From contig OX597840.1 of the NCBI GenBank assembly GCA_951406725.2, positions 14,570,001 through 14,634,000 on the forward strand: a DNA stretch of 64,000 nt, given 5' to 3'. The translations under genes and the position numbers were made by a program. The notes below the pieces were generated by a model that saw nothing but the letters and a program-made list of their open reading frames with translations, searched no databases and was not told where the DNA came from. Below are positions 54,626 through 64,000 of this stretch, piece by piece (the stretch's first letter is position 1; every line of letters starts with the position of its first letter). Source of the DNA: Octopus vulgaris (Eukaryota).

Positions 54626-54670
<45 letters not shown>

Positions 54671-55619
54671 CAATTGGTCCGAAAGGAAGTGCCGTTCTTC
54701 ATAAAGATGTTATTAGTTGATGTATTACTCTAATCCACACACTTGGGCAAGACATGTGAACAGTTACACCAAGCACAATCTACTCATCAATTTTATTCTT
54801 AAACAGATAATCAATATTTTCATGTAATCCTCTCTATTTCTTATCTGGAAATATCATGGGGAGCTGGCAGAGGAAGGGGCAGTGGCAGGAGGAGGGAATA
54901 GACGTCTGTGCTTGTGGGAATATATGTATGTGTATTTTCTGTGTGTCTCTTTATATATACAAATGTGTGTGTGTGTCTGTGTATGTATGTACACATATGT
55001 GCACATTTTTGTACATTGCTACTATTTCTGTCTTTCACTCTCTTCCACCTTTCATTGTCATCTTCTCACTTTATCTCTTCTTTTCTCTCATTAACTCACT
55101 GCCTCTCTCTCTCTCTCTCTCTCTCTTATACATATATATATGTATATATTCATGCATCTGAGTGTATACATTCATTCATACATACATACATACATATATA
55201 AATTTCTATATATACATATGTATTATGAAGAGAAATAACTTAGTGGCATATATTTGAACAGCAAAAAGGAATAAGGTGTGTGTGTCTGTGTGTGTGTGTC
55301 CTTGTGTATCAATGATTTTCAGTCTGTCTTCCGGTTAGTTTCCAGGCAATTTATAAAAACTTCAAAATAAAATAGTATGTAAAACATTGTAAAAATATGT
55401 AAATTTAAATATTACTGTATGTAAAACTAAACATAAATCTATATAAATTGAAATAAAACTATATATATAGTCATAAAATACAGTGTACATTTAAACATGT
55501 GAGGAATCCACATGTGGGATTCAACATGCTAGAAAGAACAGCTAGGTTCTATAACCACAAAATTAAGGATAAAATTCAACAGGAACGAAATGAAAAATAA
55601 AAACATTTTACCATCTAGT

Positions 55620-55700
55620 TTCCTGGACCAATTGGTTTCTGATTTTAGTTTAGCAAGTAAATAACATATACTCGCTAGGTGAAATCATCCTCAGCAGGAA
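55620..55700 (-). ncRNA. Intact type I hammerhead ribozyme (left arm)
   Basis: Minus strand: ttcctg CTGAGGA tgattt...aaatca GAAA c-caattg-GTC caggaa. Confidence 0.85.
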
Positions 55701-55779
55701 CACCTTGGGTTAAATATATAAACACGAGGCGATCAAACTATGTGCCTCTTGTTTATACATCCTAATGTAACCCAAGGTG

Positions 55780-55858
55780 TTCCTGCTGAGGACGATTTCA
55801 CCTAGCGAGTATATGTTATTCACTTTAAACTAAAATCAGAAACCAATTGGTCCAGGAA
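55780..55858 (+). ncRNA. Type I hammerhead ribozyme (right arm)
   Basis: ttcctg CTGAGGA cgattt...aaatca GAAA c-caattg-GTC|caggaa; 6-bp stem I, palindromic stem III ACCAAUUGGU, predicted cleavage after 55852. Confidence 0.85.
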
Positions 55859-56324
55859 ACTAGATGGTAAAATGTTTTTATTTTTCATTTCGTTCCTGTC
55901 GAATTTTATCCCTAATTTTGTGGTTATAGAACCTAGCTGTTCTTTCTAGTGTGTTGAATCCCACAAGTGGATTCCTCATGTATTTAAATGTACGCTGTAT
56001 TTTATGACTAATACATAGTCTTCCTCATGAGCCAGTTTGGTTCCTTAGAGCAGAGGCTATTATTGAACAGTAGAAAAGGCAGTGAGAGGACACAATATAG
56101 CTGTGGATCAGAGGCTGGAGTGTGTCTGAGAGTGCTAATCAGTTGGGTGGCTCTTTTTCTGGATGGGATCTTGGACGTTTGTATGTATAACAGTGGCACC
56201 ATCTCAGATGTGAGAGCTCCACTGTGGGCCAAACTTGTACATTCTAGAGTATCGATAATTGTTGGGGTCTAAAGCATCTTCTGTCCCTTACAAGAAGGCC
56301 AGTGATTGGGATGTGGTACTAGTT

Positions 56325-56374
56325 ATGTCAAAGATGTACTTTCACCAGGGCAGTTTTTCATCAGGCCTTGACAT
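56325..56374 (-). ncRNA. Decayed hammerhead-like motif
   Basis: Minus strand: atgtcaaggc CTGATGA aaaactgccctggt GAAA gtacatc tttgacat; long stem I, broken stems II and III. Confidence 0.4.
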
Positions 56375-56569
56375 GTCATTGAGTTAAAAAACCTTGGACG
56401 ACTAAGGTTTGAGCATTACTGATCTGTGAAGTTATGCACATACATTTGTAGGTCTTGTAAACACAAGTGGAGGAAAGCATCTTTAAAACTAACCTGGGGT
56501 CTCTGGGAATTCTTCTGTATTTGGCCCCACATAGGTATCTCCCTTTATTGGAATGCATTTTTATGGAAT

Positions 56570-56900
56570 TGTTTTCAATTGCGTTTGTTTGGTTGTTCGT
56601 CTGTGGACAAGATATCTCAAGAGCTGCTGGATGGATTCACATGAAACTTTTAGGGCTGTTTGACCTTGTGACTGGCATGAACTGATTAGATTTTGGGATT
56701 GATCCAATACCAGACAAGGATTCTGGATTATTTTTCCTGTTTTTTAACTTAATTTTTGAGAGTGGTGGGGTTCAGTTATAGTATTCTCGTTTGTGAGATG
56801 AGTTTATTTCAGATATTCTCATTTTAAAAATCATCTCTGGCTAATCATTGAAAAGATGTTCGTGTTGCCTTGATGGAGGTTTGCGCTCTCTCAGTGCTCT
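56570..56900 (+). mobile_element. Helentron-associated (HINE/DINE-1-like) non-autonomous element
   Basis: gtttgtttg..gtctgt..caagatatctcaa..gatggattcacatgaaactt..gattagattttggga, and a 3' ggaggtttgcgctctctcagtgct hairpin end typical of this class. Confidence 0.6.
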
Positions 56901-57059
56901 TGCTTTTTCTTTTTTTCTGTTTTCATTTCTTTTCTTTGTGTTTACAGAATTGTTTCTCAAGATTGTTTTCTCATATCTGCTTCACCATCTTTATAAAATA
57001 TCCTTTTAATGTCTTCCTCATCACCATCATCATCATTGTCATCATCATTAAATGGAAAC

Positions 57060-57260
57060 ATCTTTTGATGGAGATAAAATATAAGTATTTCTGTCTCACT
57101 TTGTTTACATTAGATTCGGAGTGTAAATAAAGCTGGGTGTTGGTTAATTTACTAAATATTTGTCTAGTTTTTCCTGCTGGATTAGGACTTGTCAAAGAAA
57201 GGTGTTGGTTTTCCCATTGTTGTTTGAATATTGAAGAAATACAGAATTCTAGAGAGGGGG
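57060..57260 (-). pseudogene. Possible PLE reverse transcriptase C-terminal remnant
   Basis: QIFSKLTNTQLYLHSESN resembles the PLE motif T.IYRKPTNT..YLH..S.H; short and degenerate. Confidence 0.35.
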
Positions 57261-57536
57261 AGGTAGAGGCAGTGAAGTTTGGTTCTTGTAGGTCATTGAG
57301 AAGAGGAATGGAATTTCTTGACCATATATTTTGTGGAGGGATGGGCTAACTTTCCCTGTGTAGACCCATGATCTAATAAGACTTAATGGAACCCCAGATT
57401 ATTGTCCCTTAAACTCTTCTCTTTTGTGTAGGCCACATTATTGTTGAAACTATGTTCTTTTCTTTCTCTCTCATTCTGTTGATGTTTTATGGCTATGTCT
57501 ATCTATCTATCTGTCTGTCTGTCTGTCTATTTATCT

Positions 57537-57568
<32 letters not shown>

Positions 57569-57585
57569 ATCTATCTTTCTTGTCT

Positions 57586-57620
<35 letters not shown>

Positions 57621-58299
57621 GCCTACCTACCTACCTACCTAACTACATATCTATCTATCTATCTATCTATCTACCTGTCTATCTGTCTGTCTGTCTATTT
57701 ACCTGACTATTTATCTACCTATCTTTCTATCTATTTATCTATCTATCTATCTATCTATTTATCATCTATCTGTCTGTCTGCCTTAGTCTCTGCAAAAACA
57801 AAGAAATATATATATATAAACAGCTACCTATAGTCACCACTCTTTCTCTTTCATATATATATGTGTGTGTGTATCTGTAAGTGTGTTTGTGTATACACCT
57901 CTGAACTGCTCTACCTACTTACCTACCTACTTATCTAACTCACTTTCTTTACTCTAACTTCCCCCCCTCTCTCTCTGTCTCCATCTCCATCCATTACCCC
58001 CACCTCCCAATCATATTACATCAAAAATGCTATCAGAGTTTAGACTCCAGCAAAGCGAAAGATTGAAGATGTAAGACGACAGATTGATGTAACAGCAGCA
58101 CCAGCAGCAATAGCAGCAGCAGTAGCGCTAGAGCTTGAAATATCGATACTTCAGAAAGATATCACTTAGTGTGATAAGTTTAATGGTGTATCATTTACAT
58201 AAAGATAGTGATTAGAATAATGGCACAAATGGATCTTTTGAAGTTAGAGTTTGGCAATAACAGTCAATTGTTGGTAAAGGATATCTTCCTGATAATATC

Positions 58300-58600
58300 T
58301 GTGTCGTGGTGTTATCCAGTTGCATCATGATGATAATCAACTCCACCTTGATGTTATCCTGTTTGTTCGATTATAATATCAATGTCTGTCACAAGGATAT
58401 TGAAGACTTTGTGATAATATCTATGCATTTTCTGATCACTATCCATTTAACTGTATTGATATCCATGTCTGTTGTGATGATATCTATGTCCAGTGCGATG
58501 ATATCCAACTTTGTTTGGGATAACATCCACATTTATCAAGGTGAAATCCATATCTACTGTGATGATATGCAAGTTTGTTGTGCTGTTATTGTCTGTATAT
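58300..58600. repeat. Ancient, about 21-bp minisatellite (tgtgatgatatccatgtctgt-like)
   Basis: gatatc-like cores recur at about 21-bp spacing. Confidence 0.6.
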
Positions 58601-59614
58601 TTATGTTTGTGTCATGTAAAAAGCATTATTGTGGGTGGTGGTGCCACTTGAAAAGCACTGATGCTGGTGCCACGTAAAAACCACCCAGTTCACTCTGTAA
58701 AGTGGTTGGCATTAGGAAGGGCATCCAGCTGTAGAATCCCAACCAAAAACAGACTATGGAACCTGATGTGGTCCATGACCTTACCAGTGCCTGGCAAGCC
58801 ATCAGCTCATGCCAGCATGGAAGGTAAATGTTAAATGTTGTTGATGATGACGATGATAATGATGATGGGGATATCAATATCTGATATTCACACGTTCCTC
58901 ACCATTTTACATTCATTATCCATATTGACATGGGTTGGATGGATCATCGCAGTCCATGTCAGTTCTTATTCAAAGTCACTATCCACCATCTTGATTGAAA
59001 GACCATATCTTGTGCCTACATTTCATTTTCGGCTTGATTTTTATGACCGGATGCCTTTCTTAACTCCAACCCCTTTACATCCTGTACTGGTTGTATTTTA
59101 TCAGGGCACCAACATTAAAGACGTTGTCATGTTCTCATCATTGCTAAAGTCTTTTGTTGATTCAGTATTCTCTCCACTCATTTGCTAACCACTATGTACT
59201 GTTGTATTGGCTTTTGCTTTTGTTTTTTCTTTACCATAGCATGGACATTGGTGACATGGCTAACCTAAAGCTTGAAGAACATCTGAGAAAGACTGTTGAT
59301 AAGTGAATAAAAGGAACAAGAATATAATGGTAGAAACAGTGTATTGGGGGTGAGACAGTGGTCAAGGTGGGTGGAGGGAGAGAATGACGGACAGGAAAGA
59401 GGTGGGCAGTGGTCAGAGTTAGTGATGTGTATCAATAAATAAGATGTCCAAAGAGAAGGAATGCTGACCAGCTATACAGAGTGGACAACAATATTGGGTA
59501 GACATAGGTTTAATGAAGTTTTTTATGCATAGACTTTATGATGAGTGAGTGAGGTAAAGTTGTAAGAAAGATGGTGGAGGGGATGGGATGTAGGTTGGTT
59601 CAATACCATCCCTT

Positions 59615-59967
59615 GTTATCATGGTAACAGGGTATCATGGTAACAGGGTATCATGGTAACGGGGTATCATAGTAACAGAGTATCATAGTAACAGAGTAAC
59701 AAGGTATCATGGTAACAAGGTATCATAGTAACAGGGTATCATGGTAACAGGCTATCTTAGTAACAGGGTATCATGGTAACAGGGTATCATGGTAACAGGG
59801 CATCATGATAACAGGGTACCATGGTAACAGGGTATCGTGATTGGTAACAGGGCATCATGTTAACAGGGTACCATGGTAACAGGGTATCGTGATAACAGGG
59901 TACCATGGTAACAGGGTATCTTAGTTACAGGGTACCATGGTAACAGGGTATCATGTTAACAGGGTAT
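59615..59967. repeat. 16-bp minisatellite (atggtaacagggtatc) x about 21
   Basis: Tandem units with minor variants. Confidence 0.95.
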
Positions 59968-60261
59968 TGTTGAGTGATAGAGAGGGTGTTAGAGAGATGA
60001 GAGACTCAGATAGGTTCAGTGTGATTTCTAGATACACAGGAAGTGTGTTACAGTGAAAAGGGCAAAGAGTGGGAGATAGACAGGGGATGAGTGGAAGGAG
60101 AGGTGAGTGATAGAGAAGACGAGAGAATAAAAAAAATGGGACAGGGCAGGTAACATACCAGGTGAGGGACTTAAATACATCCTAGTTTCCATCACTTCTG
60201 TCATTTCAATGTATATCTGCTATACTTGCATGGTTTGGCAAGCTTTCTCTGGCACTGCATG

Positions 60262-60433
60262 CAGAGCTGGATTTACCATTGCGCTTAGGTGTACTCAAGC
60301 ACAGGGTCCCTAAGTAAGGGGCCTTATAACAGGGCCCTGTCCAAGTAAAGGCCCTCATAATGGGGCTCTATCCAAGTAAGGGGCATTATTGCTTAACTAG
60401 CACAGGGCCACATTTGTCGTAAATGCAGCACTG
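60262..60433. mobile_element. hAT-type MITE with 8-bp TSD
   Basis: cagagctggattta...taaatgcagcactg; TSD actgcatg / agtgcatg. Confidence 0.75.
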
Positions 60434-61682
60434 AGTGCATGGCACTAATATTCTTTTCTACCCTAGGTACAAGGCCCGAAATTTTGGGGGACGGGGCCAG
60501 TCAATTAGATCAACACCAGTATGTAACTGGTACTTAATTTATTGACCCTGAAAGGATGAAAGACAAAGTTGACCTCGGTGGTAAAGACTGACGAAATACT
60601 GCTGAGCATTTTGCCCAGCGTGTGCATGGTGCTAATATTAGTCTTTTGTTATCTCCTTTGTGGGGTTCATCATCCAGAGATCCACCTTCTCAGGTTATCA
60701 ATTTCTGCTTTTGGGATATTTCAGTGAATTAAGGAAACATCTGTTAATGTTGGTGATGTGTCTTTCTATTGTTGTGATATTTTGCCTAAGGGTTAGGGTT
60801 AACGTGTCCAGTACTCTGTATTCTGTGCCATTTTCAAATAGTGTGAGGTACTGTGGATGTCTCACATCCTTCTTAAATGTTTGCTGCAGATATTTTAAAA
60901 TGTAATTTAATTCTTACATTGCAGAATTCAGATATAACTACTCGAAATTTCATTACTCTTAACCAAAGAAAGTATTTCTATAGAGCAGTCTGTCCTTTGT
61001 TGATGAATGTCATGCTTGAAACTATTTTCAGTTGAGATATGTCAAGTTTATTGAGGCAATATGACTAACAGAAAATACCAATTCTGCTTTTTGGCAGATA
61101 TTTAACATCATTACTGAAATAACAAATTTATCAAATTTATCAAATTTATTTAATTTTGCGATTAAAAGGTTAAGAGTTAAGATATAATCTATACCAATTC
61201 TTGACCATCAGAACCTTCATAATTGTCCATAGTTTACCAATTTACAATTAGGATAAACAAATTCAATGCTTTTTTTCATGTGACTGACCAGACTATCAGA
61301 TGTTGTTACACATCGCTTGTCACAATGCGCTTTTGCATTGTTTAACCTTCAAATGATGCCACCGTTGCTGACAAGGCGAGCAGGCCAACAATTCTGCATG
61401 ACTGAAGGGAGAGTGGAACAATTTGAAATAAAGTGCTTTGCTTAAGAACTCAATATGCCACCGAGTCAGGGAATTGAACCCTCAGTCCAGTGATCATGAG
61501 TGTATAGGTGCAGGCGTGGCTGTGTGGTGAGAAGCTTGCTTCCCAGTCAGATGGTTCTGGTTTCAGTCCCACTGTGTGGCACCTTGCTTGAGTGTCTTTT
61601 ACTATTGCGTCAGGCTGACCAAAACTTTGTGAGTGGGTTTGGTAGACAGAAACTGAAAGAAGTCAGTCATATATTTATATAT

Positions 61683-61891
61683 AAATATTCTATAATTATA
61701 TACATAATTATAATAAAGGGTTAGCTAATTGTTTCACCACATACTGAATTTTAAAAAAATGCTAATGTCTTTTCAACTACCATGAAATTTTATGGTATTT
61801 GTAAAGGCATTAGCATCTATTTCTAATTCAGTACGTGGTGAGACAATTAGTAACCCTTTATTATAATTATGTATATAACTATAGAATATTT
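61683..61891. repeat. Inverted repeat, about 100-bp arms, 8-nt spacer
   Basis: aatattctata...taccat / atggta...tatagaatatt. Confidence 0.9.
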
Positions 61892-62084
61892 TGTTTAATT
61901 TACCTAAAAGGTTTTTTAATGTACTGACTACTTGGTGAAATTGTTATTATTAATAATCTTACCCTATATATATATATATGTGTGTTTCTATTTGGATATA
62001 TTTGGGGTACTTAAATGTATTCATGACTTTGCATCTACTTTTCCATAGGTATGTCTAAGTATTTCATTTATTTTCATTTTGTGT

Positions 62085-62141
62085 TCCTCGCTGATGAAGG
62101 AAGAATCCTTTTTAATACAGAAATCAGAACTGATTCAAGGA
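62085..62141 (+). ncRNA. Type I hammerhead-like motif
   Basis: tcctcg CTGATGA agga...taca GAAA tcag-aa-ctg ATT caagga; stem I 5/6 bp, stem III 5 bp, stem II imperfect. Confidence 0.55.
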
Positions 62142-62676
62142 TGACTATATTTTGATGAATTTCTGTTAGCTTGCTTTCTTTGTTTTAACACATGGTGTAA
62201 TAATACAAGTGAAAATATTTTATGTTGTCAGACAATTTAGCATCTGATTTACAACATATTGGAAGAGAAAAATTTTTTTCTCTTGCCCTTATTTATAATT
62301 ATATTTATAATTTTCATCTTAAATGGTATTTTTCATATCCTGGCCACTGATAACATTTTTTAAGAAAATTTTATCCTTATATTACCGGAGCCTGGTGCAG
62401 CCTTCTGGCTTCCCAGATCCCCAGTCGAACCGTCCAACCCATGCTAGCATGGAGAACGGACGTTAAACGATGATGATGATGATGATGATGATTAGAAGTG
62501 TATATATATATTGTTATCACCATATTAATATGGCAGTCTTATAGATATAAGACTAAAAGCTGTCGCTGATTAGCTCCGTGAGGCCATCGCCTTAAGCTAG
62601 CTATTTGACACACAAACTGCGTCCATTATAACCTTTGAACAAGGGAGGTCAGCCGTTTCACACTGCTAGTCAGACA

Positions 62677-62719
62677 GCTTCAGACACGTTTCAGGGTATT
62701 TGCCCCTTGTCAATGTAGC
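62677..62719 (-). ncRNA. Minimal type I hammerhead, decayed by transitions
   Basis: Minus strand: gctaca TTGACAA gggg-caaata-ccct GAAA cgt GTC tgaagc; reconstructs to CUGACGA...GAAACGCGUC. Confidence 0.65.
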
Positions 62720-62843
62720 GTAGTCGACCCAGCAGGTGTCGCCACTGATCATCTCTGTTCGAAGGTTTTATTTACCTAGTTTCTGTGGAATACATCCACT
62801 TGTTTTCAATAATAGAAATATTAAAATTACTAAGTCTCTCTAA

Positions 62844-63022
62844 GAAGACAGACAAGCAGGAAGGAAAGGTCAAGTTAAGAGTGCGCGTCATAATTATTGA
62901 AATAAAACTTACTTGGAAGAGGACACGTGGTGTTATGTATGCATGTTTTATTTATTAAATTGTTATTATATGATTGAATGTCACACGTCCTCTTTCAAGA
63001 GAGACTTAGTAATTTTAATATT

Positions 63023-63059
<37 letters not shown>

Positions 63060-63283
63060 GTTTGTGTGTCTGTGTTTGACCCCACCAGTCATTTGACTGC
63101 ATCCATGCTGGAGCACCGCTTTTAGTCGAGCAAATGGACCCCAGGACTTATTCTTTGTAAGCCTAGTACTTATTCTATTGGCTCTTTTGCCAAACCGTTA
63201 ATTTACAGAGACGCAAAAACACCAACACCGGTTGTCAAGTGATGTTGAGAGAACAAATACAAACATACAAACATATAGACACT

Positions 63284-63323
<40 letters not shown>

Positions 63324-63493
63324 AAACTTACTTGAAAGAGGACGTGTGGCATTCAATCATATAATAACAATTTAATAAATAAAACATGCATACATAATAC
63401 CACGTGTCCTCTTCCAAGTAAGTTTTATTTCAATAATTATGACGCGCACTCTTAACTCTTTACTTGACCTTTCCTTCCTGCTTGTCTGTCTTC
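62844..63493. repeat. Inverted repeat (62844-62999 vs 63331-63493) with a family A SINE fragment in the spacer
   Basis: gaagacagacaagcagg...ctttcaag vs cttgaaag...cctgcttgtctgtcttc. Confidence 0.9.
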
Positions 63494-64000
63494 CTCTCTA
63501 TCTGCCTCTCTCCCTCTCTTATTATTCATCCATTCTGGTTTCTTCTCCTCTCCCTTTCACCGTTCCCTCTCTCTCTCACTCCTCCTCCTCCCTCCCGTCG
63601 CTGACCAGAGGGCTACTAACTTTCTTTCTGACTACTGCCTTCAACAAGTCAACAACGGTTTCTCCTGTCTTTGTAAGCCGTTTTCTCAATGCGTTCAAAT
63701 GAATTCCTCCACCATCTAGGCTTAAAAAGCCCTTATCGTTTGTTTCTCCTGGTCCTGTCTTTTACTGTTTTTATCTTTATTTGTACTGTTTTTATCTTTA
63801 TTTGTATTGCTTTTACTGTCCTGTTCTTGTCACTTTTTTTACCCCTCTGCAAAAAAATCCCAAATTTTATTTAATTTGCTTTACGGGAAGGACTGTTTCA
63901 ACGGAGTTGTGTCCTGCCCTTACCTTCGAAACACGCAATCAGTCGAAACAGGGGTAGCTGAAGAAGAGGAATGTTCCTGTTTTTTCGTTGTTAAAAAAAG

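Larger units (their letters stand above)
55468..56010. repeat. About 540-bp near-perfect palindrome (PLE pseudo-LTR fold-back)
   Basis: tagtcataaaatacag...gggtta (55468-55712) vs taaccc...ctgtattttatgacta (55768-56010); the spacer is itself partly self-complementary. Confidence 0.95.

Noticed and set aside
58306-58677. 123-aa ORF with heptad-like repeat
   Set aside because: Decayed 21-bp minisatellite read in shifting phases.
60650-61030. Another Neptune-type EN plus ribozyme relic (TLNQRK..; ttgatga..gaaac)
   Set aside because: Too degenerate to support by eye; needs a profile search.
62560-62675. HDV-like ribozyme or SECIS interpretation of the conserved motif
   Set aside because: P1- and P2-like pairings exist (gactagc/gctagct, gctga/tcagc) but P3/L3/P1.1 spacing does not fit and copy A does not keep them. 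There is no AUGA/GA quartet with an AA loop.

Overview
AT-rich, microsatellite-saturated eukaryotic non-coding DNA. The SINE repertoire resembles that of Octopus (inference). I find no supportable host protein-coding exon, and nearly all ORF-track entries are microsatellite or SINE artefacts. The window contains dozens of SINE copies from about five families and several MITEs (mariner, Tigger/pogo, hAT, piggyBac-type, Helentron-type). It also contains decayed LINE pieces: an RTE 3' end with three C2H2 fingers and an R4/Dong CCHC plus restriction-like endonuclease. Penelope-like element (PLE) GIY-YIG remnants are present as well. The main hidden signal is a dense population of type I hammerhead ribozyme (HHR) motifs, more than a dozen intact or decayed copies from several unrelated families. 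They often have very long stem II and palindromic stem III, and many sit inside long fold-back palindromes next to (TA)n. Two highly diverged copies (about 3.1-3.3 kb and about 62.6-62.7 kb) carry the same covarying structured-RNA motif 36-39 nt downstream of the predicted cleavage site; this is the best candidate for something undescribed. All coordinates were read by eye and repeat boundaries are approximate.
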